The notes below the pieces were generated by a model, which had not been told where the DNA came from, did not search any database, and worked only from the letters and a program-made list of their open reading frames with translations. From Octopus sinensis (taxonomy: Eukaryota): DNA of 64,000 nt. A program made the position numbers and the translations under genes. Numbering within the stretch: the stretch's first letter is position 1; each line of letters begins with the position of its first letter. Location: NCBI RefSeq assembly GCF_006345805.1, contig NW_021829832.1, positions 806,001 through 870,000 on the forward strand, given 5' to 3'. This document shows, in pieces, positions 1-13,500 of this stretch.

Positions 1-824
1 TGAGCAGGAATAAAACCTACCATTTTAAACTGGCAATCGCGATATGCGTAGATAAGCTAGCTTATATTGTGATAATTGATTTTATCAACGCAAAATTACC
101 GGTTTTATAGAATTCTTTTTATCTATTACAGTGAAGATTTGTAGGACTGTCATTATTCCAATCAAAATCTGTTTTTTGTTTCGAGAAGGATACTTTCCTC
201 AATCGTAGGAGTATTCTTATCATTTTTTATTGACAAAGAACTACATCAGTACAAGTGGGTGAAAATCGATTGATATCTTATCAGGAAATATATTTAAAGT
301 GAGCCCAAAGAATTTATTCCACAGATTATTTTGCATTTAATTATTTGAACGCTCACGAGATAGTTCAAAACTACTTTTTAAGAAACTAGTATTAGTCCTA
401 AAATAATTTATTAATGTTAATTGATCTTACTCATTTGTTTTCTTGTAAAAAGACATGTTCAGTTATAATCAGTTATTATTGACTTAGTTATTATTATTCT
501 CAAGATTAAATTCTCTTTGTTAGTAATTTTCAATATTCTATTCGACAACGTCAATAAATAGAAGTAGTGGGAAGTTGGAATTTTCTCATGAAATGATGTG
601 ATAGATTTCACTATTTTTTCAATTTGCTATCTTCCAAATATTTTTTACAGAATAGTTTGGGAATCAATAAAAAATATGGTTTTTTGGGATTAAAACCAAG
701 TCCTTGAGAAACAAGTTAGTTTCTCAAATATTTTTAAAAAATTTAACATTTACTTTAATACAAAACTGGATCTTTAAAATAAGTAACTTAAATGTAAAGT
801 CCTCACTGAAATTGGAAGGAGAAT

Positions 825-896
825 TTTCAGCGAATCTCGGTCGCCGTGGTCCGCGGAAACTGCCATTCAATACGCAGTGCGGCGTCGTTGACCTGA
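825..896 (+). mobile_element. 3'-terminal fragment of a CRE/RLE-type non-LTR retrotransposon ORF
   Basis: GC-rich island in AT-rich DNA translating FQRISVAVVRGNCHSIRSAASLT*, resembling the C-terminal LFQRLSxAxQRGN motif of CRE-clade elements. Confidence 0.5.
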
Positions 897-1451
897 CCCT
901 TAGGCTCTTGACTCGATTTTAAAAAGTTTATGTTTAAGTACTTTAAGATAGAAATACTGACATTACCAGATCTAGTGGTTAGCTAATCAGTGGGAACAAT
1001 AGTCCACAATCTTGAACATGATATAGAATTTGTTTTACGAAAATTAATTACATTTTGCTTTTAACTTGGAATCATGAAAGCTAAAAAACCATAAACCACA
1101 CAGTTTAGTGGATCGTGACAAATAGTGCTGTTGAATAAGAGTAAATACGACACTGTATGAGTAATGACAAATCATAGGTGAAAGATGTTCTAACCAGAGC
1201 AATCAATGGCAATTAAGAAAATATAGAGAGTATGATAGTCGGGTTAAGTACTACACCAAATAATCTGATTGCAAAAAATTAACTAAGACCGTCAATTGAT
1301 CTGCTAAAAATTCATCTTCAATTGATGTATAGGAGTGACAGACAAATCAACAGTAAGATGCCCCAAAATAACAGTTCTTATTAATCAAATATAGTTAACA
1401 ATTTTTATTAAACAAAAATGTAATAAATTAAAATAGTACTGACTAAAGCAA

Positions 1452-3308
1452 ATGTACAACAGCATTCCACTAATATGCACTGATAAATATCAGATAAACA
1501 TGATTTACAGTGCCTGGAAGAACGGCCAGCACAGGACAGAGGCAGTGTTTGAGCTTTACTACCGGAATAACCCATTTAACTCAGGGTATGCAATCTTTGC
1601 TGGTCTCGAGCGATGCCTCAAGTTGATCGATGAGTTCAAATTCACAGAAGGAGGTAGCCTTGTGGCCACATTGCAGAAATTGAGTATATTCGGAAAGTCG
1701 TACTCCCAACGACAGTCGAGGAGGACTTTTTCGAATACCTCAGATCGTTCAACTGCAGAGAGGGAGTGGATATTTGGGCGGCGGAGGAGGGGTCGGTGGT
1801 GTTTCCGTACCTCCCCCTCATTACAGTGCGGGCTCCTTACTGCGTGGGGCAGTTGATGGAGTCAGTCCTTCTCAACAGTGTGGACTATCCCAGGTAAACT
1901 GCCTTGTTTGATCAGTCTCGTTGCCACCAATGCTTCTCGATATAGACTTTTAATTGGCCCACACAAGTCACTGGCAGAATTCGGACTGAGACGAGCCCCA
2001 GGCGTCGAGGCTGCCTTGCTGGCCTCGAAGTACGCATATATTGGGGGTATTCCACCCTCTCTACTCAGGGGCTGACAGTACGAGTAATCTGCTGGCCGGG
2101 TATGAGTACGGCATTCCAGTAAGTGGGACAATGTCCCATTCGTTCATCTGCTCCTTCTCTTCCGATAACATCCAGAGACAGTCTCCACTTGTATCTCTCG
2201 ACAAGTGCGAAAAATACCTCGCACAGATCATTACACTCCTAAGTTGCCGTTTTGAATAATCTCAGACCAAACAAACCCCTCCAACAACAAGGGAGAACTC
2301 CTTGCCTTCCTCTCCTACGCCAACTCATTCCCTGACTCATTCCTGGCCCTTCTCGACACATACGACACTCTCAAGTATTGCCTTCCCTCATTCCCCTCAG
2401 TAGTGGCTTCCTCAATTTCGCTGCCGTCGCCCTCGCCTTGAACGACTGTGGTCATCACCCAACAGGCGTCAGAATTGATAGTGGAGACCTCGCCCATCAG
2501 TCAAACATTATTCGCTCAAACATGATAAAAATAGGAGACTTGTAGTGATCTCTTCTCACCTGTAGTTATAATCTAGAGTGGTTCAAATCTATTCCTATTA
2601 TGGTCACCAATCAGTTGAACATTCAGGTCATCCAAAGTCTCCTCACACAGGTTCTTCCTTTCCAATAATCCAGCAGACTTTTCATATTGATGGCTTTGGC
2701 ATTGGGTCTGCTTTAGTTGGTTGTGATGGTCAACAATCCTTGGGCTGTGTCTACAAACTTGTTCAGATTGGGAATGTTCCATGTAGCAAACTTTCAGAGA
2801 CCAAACTCGCTTTTCCGTTCCACAAGTCAATTTACAGAATTTATGACTCGTCTGGTCTGATTTTTATTTTTATTATAAGGGATGGCAATGGTCGACTATT
2901 TGACTAAATTTAATGAGGACTGTCCTCTCCCGAATAGTAAAGTCGTATGCAACCACATGACCAGTGTTTGATTTTATTTATTAATTATCTACAATTTAAT
3001 GAATTATAAAAATTAATAATTAGGAATTTAAAAGAATGATTGCAATTCCCTCGAAAGTCAAGCCTCTACAAAAACTATACTTTACTAATGGGTCAATAAA
3101 AGAGGAGATTCCGTCGATTGAGGAAATCCGTGAACACGTCAAGAACGAATTGGCTCTGATTAGACCGGATCATCTTCGTGTAATAAACTCGACTCCTTAC
3201 AAGGTCATATTATCAAGGGTATATTTCAAGGTCTCCTTTTCGAACGACCTCATTGAGGCCACGAAAAAATTTTTCAACGAAAGGACTGTTATTCGACAAT
3301 TTAGTTAA
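1452..3308 (+). CDS. NAPRT: Nicotinate phosphoribosyltransferase (multi-exon)
   Basis: Motifs [66 protein letters not shown]; frames joined by tiny GT-AG introns, e.g. 1654-1676 (23 nt). Confidence 0.93.
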
Positions 3309-4693
3309 TGGACCTTTACTTTTAAATTATCTATTTACTCACCAAAGAGATTTGGTAAATACAGAGACAACACTAAAGATTTATAACACGTTTTTGTTCC
3401 AGTATAACGCAAATCGACGTGGGCAGTGGTCGGTAAATACTTTTATAGAGTTAATTTTTTGAAATTTCAACAAAATTGAAAAGCCACTTTATACCACTTT
3501 TTCAAATCAAAAATTCAAGAATAATCCAGAATTTATTAAAAATAAGTCAATTTTAATCTGAGGTTTGATTTTAACTACGCGAATACGATATGTACGATAT
3601 TAAAAAATAAGTCAATTTCAATCTAAATTCACTCGCAAAGTGAACGCAGTAAGTGGGCTTAGAACCATAACCGGATGTTTCAAATCTTCCCCTATTGATC
3701 ACCTCCATTGGCAAACAAAAATTCTACCCATACCTGAGCAGTGGCGGAGGTTGTTTTTTAATTTTGATATAATTCATGTAAGGAATCACATTATGGTCAA
3801 TTCTCTTTTTAATTAGTGTAATAAATGCCTTTCTCGATCTTACATGCTCTTGGCACCGTCATCTGAAAAAGATACGATTTTATTAAGAGGAATAAAATTC
3901 GCTTCAAAATATTATGTTATATAGGATGAATATGCATGAGCAACCGGTTACATTTTACCTTGATAATTATTTTCTAATTCTTGCCATGGGTACCACACAT
4001 GCACCTCTTTTGGCATATTTATCTATAAATAAAACTGTTTGATTTACCCCGACTCGATTAGTTGATAAAATGTAAATTATTGTAGCAGCATTATAGAATA
4101 AGACTCAAATTTATCTAGCTTCAACGTAGAATTCGGTTTATAATCTTTTTTTTAACTCGAACCTATCTAAATTTATTCCGACGCTAAATTCATATTTGCT
4201 ATTGTGGAAATTTACATTTATTGACTTATAGTAGGCTGAGTTTACATCAATCGGATTTAAATTAATTTTGAATTTTTTTTGTGTTCAAGGATTGTTGAGT
4301 CTTGCATGTATCTGAAGTACGTTAAACTCTCGTTCTTTAATTAAAAGATTTCTTTCTGCAACTGGCGCAAGCGAAACCTTTGCGGTGCACTTGTTCTTGT
4401 GTTGTTAAACTCTTCGCATAGATTTCTTAAAAACTAAGATTTAAATAACTGATTATTTTTGTAAAAATGTTATTTGATGTTTATTATTGATTTAATGGAT
4501 CTATTAAGCAGAGTCCAGAAAATAAAATTCCTGGAAGGTGTATAAATTAAAGTCCAAACGATGCTTAACAGCATGGTTGTACAAAGAGGAAAATAATTTT
4601 AATTGGATTTACCCAATGAAAATCATTTGTCTTAACTTACAAATTTCACTTTTAAGCTTTAAAAAATAACTCTAAACGCTGGATACTGGTAAC

Positions 4694-6996
4694 CAGTGTT
4701 CCCTCTAAGCTGCGCGCGTGCGCGGCCGCGCAGCAGTTTGCACCTTGCTGCGCAGCGAAATTTTTTTCTGCGCAGTAGAAAGTATAATATTAAAAATTGC
4801 TATTTTTTTTAATTTTTTATATGAATTTATATATTCTTATTTTCATTTCAAAACGAAAACGTGTCTATAATATTGATATGAGACTTAAGAAAAATCTCCT
4901 TCTTTTAAGCCGGAATGGTTGATAGAGTACGTCAAAACCTTAACACCAGATTCAAAAATTCCCCAACATGTGCAACTGGGTGATATTTTTAGTTTTTCCG
5001 AAGACTGCGGAGTTGTTTGTAAAATATGTGGCGACGCTAAAGCGACTTGTGATTTTGCGAGTGGAAAAACCTGGGATATATGGAAATTGGATTATCTGAA
5101 GAGACATATTACCCATAAAATTCATTCAGATTCAATAATAAAATTAAGAAGAATTCGAGCAGGAACTGGAATCAGCTGCTTGCTCACAGAGTCTAAGGAT
5201 GACCGACAGATGAGATTCAAAATGAGTGATCGTGCACGAAGTAAAATTGAAAAAGTGAAAATTCTCATTGACAATGTTATTTTGGCTCTCTCCATGAATG
5301 CTTCATTACTTTCTGTTATGAATATACATGATCATATGGCAAAATATGTAGAACTTCCTGATAGCTGGCGAAGTAAAAATTATGCATTTGAGTTTGTTGA
5401 ATGCATCGACTACGTGGTCAAAGAGATATGTATGCAGGAAATTAGAGAGTCTCGGTTCCATACACTCATTGTGGACGAAAGCACAGATATATCCGTAACC
5501 AAAATGCTTATTATATATATTAAATATCGTCCTACGGGGACAAATTATCACAAAACAGTTTTTGCTAGCATAATGAAACTTACAAGTTGTGACAGTAAAT
5601 CTATTTTCATTGCAATCAAGAAATTCTACATGACAAACAATCTTGATTTTCAAAAGATGGTAATGTTTACATCAGATGGGGCATCCGTTATGCTAGGGAG
5701 AAGAAATGGCGTGGCATCACTGATCCGTGCTGAGGTTCCTCATCTTACTGAACAACATTGCGTCGTTCACAGACAAGATCTAGGGATCGATGATGCATGG
5801 AAAAAAAATAATCTTGTGAAAAATATTGAAATATTACTCCGGACTGTTTATACTGTTTTCAGTCGATCAAGTATAAAAAAAGCTGCATTTCAGGACCTGG
5901 CTAATGTTGTTGTTGAAGATGTCGTTTCATTTAAGCCACTAAATGAAGTGAGATGGATGTCTCGGCATTTTGCTGTTAAAGCTTTGATAAAAAACTACAC
6001 AATTTTAATTGAATATTTCAAGAAACAGGTTGAAGATGATAATGATCCGATTGCAAAATATTGCTTAAAACAACTTCAAAATCCTCTTATTCATGTTGCT
6101 TTAACTGTCTTAAATGAAATTTTGGCTGAATTAGCAGATTTGTGCACAGTTTTCCAAAGAAGCTGTATATCGACCATAGAAGCTGTACAGTTTGCCAGAG
6201 CAAAAATTTCGAAGCTGAAATCTCAATATTTGGATGGAAATGAAATTTACTGGAGTGACAGTGTGAAGATGTTGTTATCAACAACTGGTTATGGAGATAC
6301 AAATACAGATGAAATCCTATGCTTTATCGAGCATGTTTATCTGCATTTACAAGAAAGATTTCCAGCTGACGAATTAAGAGAATGGGTAGCATTTGACACT
6401 CAAGCAATTCAAAATCAGACAAACTTTGAATTTGGAAAAGAGGAGATAATTAAATTAGCGAAAAAATATGAAAATTTACTCTCTTCAGAAGTCCCACTCA
6501 TAAAACTGCAGTCGGAATATACAGATCTCAAGTTTATTTTAAAAGAAAAACTGCACTCTGGTGCTTTGAAAACATTTGAAGATGTAATTTACTATATACT
6601 AGCGGAGAAAAAATTTTCAGCCACTGCAACATTTGTGGATATTTGTGGCACATTTCAAGCGTCGAGTGCTGATGCTGAACGTGGATTTAGTTTGATGAAC
6701 TGTATCAAAACTAAACTACGTAATAGACTTGAGATTGACCATTTGGAGATGATCATGCGAATCAAATTCTATTTAACAAGTGGGAATACAGTGGATCTTG
6801 ATCGAGTATACAAATTTTGGATACAAAATAAAAACAGAAGAGAATATCCAATTGACTAGACCTATTTTTTTAACCATTGGTTTTTTAATTGTAAAATTTT
6901 CCCCCCCCAAAAATTTTTTGCACACGTCACTTTATAACGCTGCACAATGCAATGTGCCCAGCGCGCATAGCTACCACTCGCTTAGAGGGAACACTG
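4694..6996 (+). mobile_element. hAT DNA transposon, full length (2303 bp)
   Basis: Perfect 17-bp TIR cagtgttccctctaagc (4694-4710 / 6980-6996); perfect 8-bp TSD ctggtaac (4686-4693 / 6997-7004); GC-rich subterminal gcgc motifs. Confidence 0.97.
4919..6859 (+). CDS. hAT transposase (ZNF862/Tip100-like), intronless
   Basis: 646-codon ORF with zinc finger CKIC..HITHKIH, DDE triad VDESTD / SDGASVM / SADAERGFS, HCVVH, RW motif and C-terminal dimerisation domain; the plausible ATG at 4878 is out of frame by 1 nt. Confidence 0.92.
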   Translation: MIEYVKTLTPDSKIPQHVQLGDIFSFSEDCGVVCKICGDAKATCDFASGKTWDIWKLDYLKRHITHKIHSDSIIKLRRIRAGTGISCLLTESKDDRQMRFKMSDRARSKIEKVKILIDNVILALSMNASLLSVMNIHDHMAKYVELPDSWRSKNYAFEFVECIDYVVKEICMQEIRESRFHTLIVDESTDISVTKMLIIYIKYRPTGTNYHKTVFASIMKLTSCDSKSIFIAIKKFYMTNNLDFQKMVMFTSDGASVMLGRRNGVASLIRAEVPHLTEQHCVVHRQDLGIDDAWKKNNLVKNIEILLRTVYTVFSRSSIKKAAFQDLANVVVEDVVSFKPLNEVRWMSRHFAVKALIKNYTILIEYFKKQVEDDNDPIAKYCLKQLQNPLIHVALTVLNEILAELADLCTVFQRSCISTIEAVQFARAKISKLKSQYLDGNEIYWSDSVKMLLSTTGYGDTNTDEILCFIEHVYLHLQERFPADELREWVAFDTQAIQNQTNFEFGKEEIIKLAKKYENLLSSEVPLIKLQSEYTDLKFILKEKLHSGALKTFEDVIYYILAEKKFSATATFVDICGTFQASSADAERGFSLMNCIKTKLRNRLEIDHLEMIMRIKFYLTSGNTVDLDRVYKFWIQNKNRREYPID

Positions 6997-7567
6997 CTGG
7001 TAACCTTCAATAATTTGAACTATATTAATGCGTGATATTAAAGTTCAGAAGTTAAGAGTGTTAAAAGGACTAGAACTAGTCTTATTGTAGATCGATATTT
7101 ATTTTCGATAAAAATTGAATAACGTACATTTATCTTAATCTTAAAATTACGTTTATAATAATAATTGAAAGAGTGATTACCATGTATCCGTTCTATAACA
7201 TTTTTCAATTTCTAACATTTTCATAAAAATTGAATTTTTATTAGAAATATGCAATTGTTTACCCGGAATTATGTCTTTAGAGCCTATTAGTTGTTTTAAT
7301 TATATTTAGGAAAGTGGTTCAAAATCATGCATGGACACACGCTCCAAAACAGTCTTTCAAATATTATTGTGATGAAATATAGAATCCATAAAATAATTGG
7401 TTGGTTACTATCCTCTTCTTTATAGATTAAAATGAAAGTTCAATTTTAAAATGGTTGTTTAACAAATCAATAGCCGAGAAAATAATGAAAAGAACGCATT
7501 GAAGTACATTTCGTCACTTTAATTCTTTATTAACATAAATAATGTCACGTACAATGATGAAGAGTTC

Positions 7568-10500
7568 ATGGATTTGATTAAGAGGCGTTCGGAGACTTCG
7601 ATAAGTACACTGGGATACAGTGATAGGCAAAAATTTGAGGAAGTTATTTTTGGGAATATTTCATTGGAAAATTTCCCTCAGCAGAGGCCTAACTCGGTTC
7701 GCATTTTCGTAAGTTCGACTTTTACAGGTTTAAATGTTTATTTGAGAATTAGATACGGTGGCTGAAAGAAATGCATTGATTGAAAAAGTTTATCCACGGC
7801 TGAAAAAATATTGTCGAGAACTAAATCTTGAATTTCAGGTGCTCTAATCACCATTAAGACACTTTAGGCTACGGACATGAGGTGGGGGATTCAGAACGCA
7901 TCTCGTAATGATCACTCGACGCTTAAATTGTGCCTCGATGAACTAAAAAAGTGCATGACCCTTTCCATCGGTCCATACTTTCTGGTTTATCCCAATCCGA
8001 TAACCCGAAAAGGGAATCATTGGACAAAAATATGGATGGCGATGTCTCCCACCCACTATACACAGAGAAGTATACTCCTGTATTTTTGAAACACTCGAAC
8101 AAGAAAATGTCGACGTGTCTTTACTCAATTTATGGTACAAACTGGATACCAACTCATCACCTCATGTGTACATTCTTCAGCCAATTGACTCCATCTTGGG
8201 TTCAAAAATGACATTAAATAAATAGGGAATGATTCCACAGAATGGGCCTCGGTAGAAACGGAATTGAGAAAAAAACTGCTATATGGAATACGTCTAAGTG
8301 TAGAGAGAAAGAAACTAGAACCTGAGCACCTTCAAGTGATTGGTCCTTCTGGTATTTTCTTAAGAGATTTGATCTTTTACAGTCACGGAATTGGAAGTCA
8401 TGCGAGGACTGGGAAGTCCTGGAGACAAAAGTCTCTGCGGCATTGTGTGCTTTCGAACAATCGACGACATTAACGAATTTATAAACCACAAATCGGCGGG
8501 AGCCTTTATTGACAAAGTCGGGGATGAGATAGACGAGGAAGCAAGTAACTATCGATGGAAACTGAAGACTTTTCTTGAAAAAAAACTCGACAAAAACACA
8601 TTAACTCAATTCAACATAAAATGGCAAGATTTGATCGACAGAACCTCCCAACAGCACTTGAACTACATCAACAAATTCTCTTCATATGTAGAAAAACAGG
8701 TATTCGGGAAATGAATACCAGATAATGACTTTGATTCGCCGAAACCTCAAGAAATGGAGTCCGGTCTATGAGGATGACTTGTTTCTTGAAGTACTGCAGC
8801 ACTGGACTATCGCGAAAACAAAGGCGGAAATCATGACGAACATGACGAATGACCTGGAGGCAATCATGAGATATCTACGCTCGTCCACGATCTATCCTTT
8901 TGTGATCACTGGAGACAGCAGTGACAGGGGAAGCATCGCGATTGCTTACTGTGGTCTCAATATGAAAAAAGAAATGATTTTTGATACAAATTATAAAAAC
9001 CATGCTGTCATTATCCGGTTGATATGATGTACTCATCTCTCCAGGTTTTGTGGCATGTCCGCTACTTCCAACACAAGCTACGAAATTTTAAAAAGTATTT
9101 GTGATCAGATTGCTGGCATTCGGGGAAAGAATTATAAGGAATTGTCGGAAGAGCCCAATTTTTTGATTGACTACTTGAACGACGTTTTTCAATTTGGAAT
9201 TCCAAACACCCAGCTAATAATCTGCATTTCCAATATAGACAAATTACAAAGGGACGAAGATTGTCAGTTTAGTCAGTGGCTCGCGGCGGATATACATGAG
9301 AGTGTAAAATTAATAATTTCAACTACTGATGTTCACGATACCTTGAATTGGCTCGTCCAAGAGCAAAACGTTCTCCACCTTTCGGCCAAAACATCTAAGG
9401 ACTCTTTAAAACACATAAAAACGCTGCTTGACAAAAACGGGCGATATCTAACATTTGAGCAGTGGCAAATAGTCGAGAGAATTTCAAACGACTGCCCTTT
9501 GACGCTTCATTGCAAGCTTATCGTTGAAGAAATCAGTTTTTGGAAGTCTTACGATAACTGCGACCTCCTCAGGCTTCAGACAACCATCTTTGACTCAGTC
9601 AAATCACTGTTCGCACGACTCGAGGAAAAGCACGGAGAATTATTAACAAGGCATTTTCTGTGTTACTTAACAATTTCAAAAACTGGAATAACTCGGTTTT
9701 AGTATTTAAAATACTTTTAGCGGGGAATTGGAAGATATTTTTTCAATCGATGACACTGTTCTGAAAGAAATCTTCCAGTTCTGGGTTCCCCCCATCAGAA
9801 GAATCCCACCAGTAATTCTATCAAGACTCGAAATGGATTTGGCCAATTTCATAATCGAAACAAACACAAACGGGTTCACCACTTTGTCCTGGCTCCACGA
9901 TGAAGTGGGTCATGTCGTGAGAACCTTATATCTTGCGGACAAAAGCCTTAAAATCAATCTCCACAAGAACATTGCGGAATACTACGAAGGGACCTGGAGT
10001 GGTAAAATAAAGAAACCCTTTCAGTAAAACAGTGAAATAATAACCCTAATAGCTTTTCCGAGAGGCTTAGAGTCCGATTGGGCCTTGCAAACTCATTGTC
10101 CGAAGCATGCAGACAAGTTCCTGAGCAACCCCTAGAATATGTCCAGAAGTATAAAAAACAGTTTAACGTCCGTAAAATCTCCGAGTTACCATATCACTTG
10201 TACAAAGCAAAGCTTATCGAACCTCTCAAGACCAAGATCCTGTTTGATTATAATTTCATTATTGCGATAACGTCGCTGTTTTCTGTGAAAAAAGTAGTCC
10301 AAAATTACGCTTATCTACGTAAACATAAAGACGTACAGCTAATTCTAAATGCTTTGCTGATGGGAAGTGAGGCCATTAACCGAAATAACAACCTCGTGGG
10401 GATCGAAATAACAGGGAGACTTTTGGGATATTATAGCTCACACGTTTTGATTAGAAAACTCATTGACGAGTGTGACAAAATGGCAGTTACTTTGAATCCG

Positions 10501-13500
10501 CTCATTCCTTTTTGGCAAATATTAAGCGGGCCAGGGGGGTTTTGCCAGCTTCAGTATTCTCTTGAAAAATCAAAGTTGTCGGACATAAAAATATTCATTG
10601 TCGACGGAAAGCAGTCTACTCTTCAAGCAAAGTCGAACGACGGAATCTTTCTCAACTCTTGGCTGTTAAATACCTCAGAACGACTGTCCAAAATAACACT
10701 TCCTAAAGGAGAGTTCACACCGACACAAAATTGCGACATCTTTTTTATTACAATTACAGACACACACGTCGTTCTGATGAGGCACGATGAAGTTATACGG
10801 AATTGGTACTTTGGGTCGACCGCTGTCCGAAATATTACGGCAGCCTGCCACTACGCAGCAATATTTCTGATTCAATCAAATACGATCATAGTGAACTTGG
10901 GCAAGCTAAAGGACCAGAAACTTTCACTTTGTTGTACCTCTGGAAGATTTAACAAAAACGAAACATTATTTGTGGGAATAACCGGGCAGGACATTTGGAT
11001 TTATTCTCTAAAACAGAATAACCTAATTGGCAAAGTTAAGCACAAATACTGTTCTTCGATACTAATAAATGACACATTTGGGACAGTATATACAATTGGG
11101 GACACACTTGTCCAGTACTTTTCGATGAATTCAGTGTCCAAGTCTTTGAGTACTTTAGTCAAAGAGGAGAACATTGTTCAAGTGGTCGGCTCGAATAATG
11201 GTAACGGAATAAAATACAATTTTATTAGACAAGTTGATACTGATCAATTGCAGTAAATATCTGATTGTTTTTGAATCCAAATCAGCTCGTTTTTTATTTC
11301 GAATCAGGGATATTCCTGATAAAGAGTTTACTGAAACGCTGTCAACTTTTGAGGGTGCTGGATTCAACAACGCAGATACATTAATAGTTGCTATTCGGTA
11401 GTTATGTCTTCTACCATATAGTCATATTTATATTTGCATATGGAATGCTCTAGAAGGGGATTTCCTTAAGTTGATTGACACTAATGTTTCCATCAACAGA
11501 ATAGTTTTTTCGACGGGAACCAACAAAGTCGTGACCCTTCATTCCGACTGTAGTTTTCGAGTTAAATCTTATTTAAATTATTGAGTAGATTTGGAGTTTG
11601 GCAGACGCCAATAAAAAAGAGGAGAACTCCCTTGCTCTCATCAGAGGAGCAATTAAAAATATTTCTCAGTCGGGAGATGGACGCGTGGCTGTTGTCACGT
11701 CGTTCAGCAGTCAACAACCTCTTTTCAAGCTCTACAGAACCGATATTAACGCCCAGGGAAGCATATTGGCTCAATCCGATAATACATTAATTGAAATAAC
11801 GTCGATTACTCCTTCTCAGACAGGAAAATATTTGTTCGTCTTCTCAAAGGATGTCCAAAATAAAATGTCCTTGCCATGGAACCAGTTACAGGAGGTCACA
11901 CTGTGGAATGCTCACACATCTCGAAAAATAGTCCACAAAATAAATGTCCGGAGTGCCATTTTCGACGAAAGTGAAACTTATTCTGTGACAATTGTTTGTA
12001 ACTACTACGACATCCAATCGCCTTGGAAAAAGTCATTTGTAGCAATTATTCGGTTATTTCCTGAACTAAACATTCATAGAACTCTAAATAAAAATATTGA
12101 AGTCACAGTTGGTTTATCTGAGGGAGATATCGTCAACAACCCCTTCGTTGTAGATAGCAAAAAACTTGCAATTTTAATAGCAAAAAGGGATGTCAAAAAA
12201 GAACTAATCACTGGGGAAACTGAAAGCAAGTTTTTTTTTATTTTTACTGTAAAGTGAAAATGTAAATATATTTTTCCTCCCACTGGACAGTGTAATGACT
12301 TGGCAGAACACGAAACCTCTCGATATTAAGCAGTTCACTTTGCAATTGCATGGAAATTACAAACCTGTAGATTTTAGAAAGGCTGACGGTGATAAAGTTG
12401 CTATGATACTTGCAAAGACTAGAAATCTGTTATTATACACTCTAAACTTTAGATTTAATTACGATAAACACGGAACTATCTCCAAATCAGACACATATCC
12501 AATGTCTCTGGTTATGTTTAATTCTAACAACCAAATTGTGGTCAACGTTGTCAAAAGATTTTTGGAGCCACAGGTAAATCTTGAGACAGTCAAAATATCC
12601 CAAAAATGGAATATTGCTATCACAGAAGATCTCATAGTTTCTCTTTCTGAAACATCCTAGTTGTATGATGTGATGGGCGGGACGTTGATAAGGAAGTTAG
12701 ATATTCCTGATGTCGACAACAAGCATATTAGACTAGTCCTAGACGGCCAATATATTGTCATGTTCGACAAATCCAACAATATTTTGCTTTTATTAAACAC
12801 AAATGATGGAAAGATCTGCGGTCAGTGCAACATTGGGGCTTTTGGAACCGATATTTTTGTTTCGGCCGACGACAGGTTTGCAAACTAGATTCATTTATAA
12901 AATTATTAGAACTGTACTAGTAGGTACCAACGATGGACGGCTGATGATGCTTGTAGTCGTAGCTGACCTCCAGAACATCAAGAAACTACCTATAGTACTC
13001 AACAGCAGGGAATTACTTAATAAACACGAAGAACCTAACTATGATCCCGGATCGTCCTCCTCTGATACTGAGCTAAACGAAATTATTTTCAAAAGATTTG
13101 GTATAAATAAAATGGTATCCCCTAAACCTGATAAAACTGCAACGGACACTGCAATTTTTCTAATCAAAGAGGAAAATGAATATGTTTTATCGAATGAAAA
13201 TAAAATGTATATTGAGGAGGAAACCGAATCCTCAAAACATAAATATTTATCTGAAGAACAAATTGAGCCAACTTTATTAAAAGTGATAAACAAATTGGAC
13301 CACTCAAGGCAGAAGTTGAAAGTTTTATCACCTGATGAGAGTTCTGGGGAAGATTTTGAGGTACAAATGAAATACGATTCTAAAAATATGGCGGAATTTG
13401 CACAAATATCTAACAAGACTATAAACTCGAGATTGAGTCCCGAGTTTGTAAAAAATGAATTAGAACCAAAACTATGCATCTCAAATTTTAAAAACGAGTT

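Noticed and set aside
1452-3308. Fragmented ORFs read as pseudogenes, programmed frameshifts or an alternative genetic code
   Set aside because: Removing short GT-AG introns restores the frames, and internal stops fall inside introns
3600-4450. Possible Helitron Rep remnant on the minus strand (also 1-400)
   Set aside because: Only vague motif traces across frameshifts; no termini; needs tBLASTn
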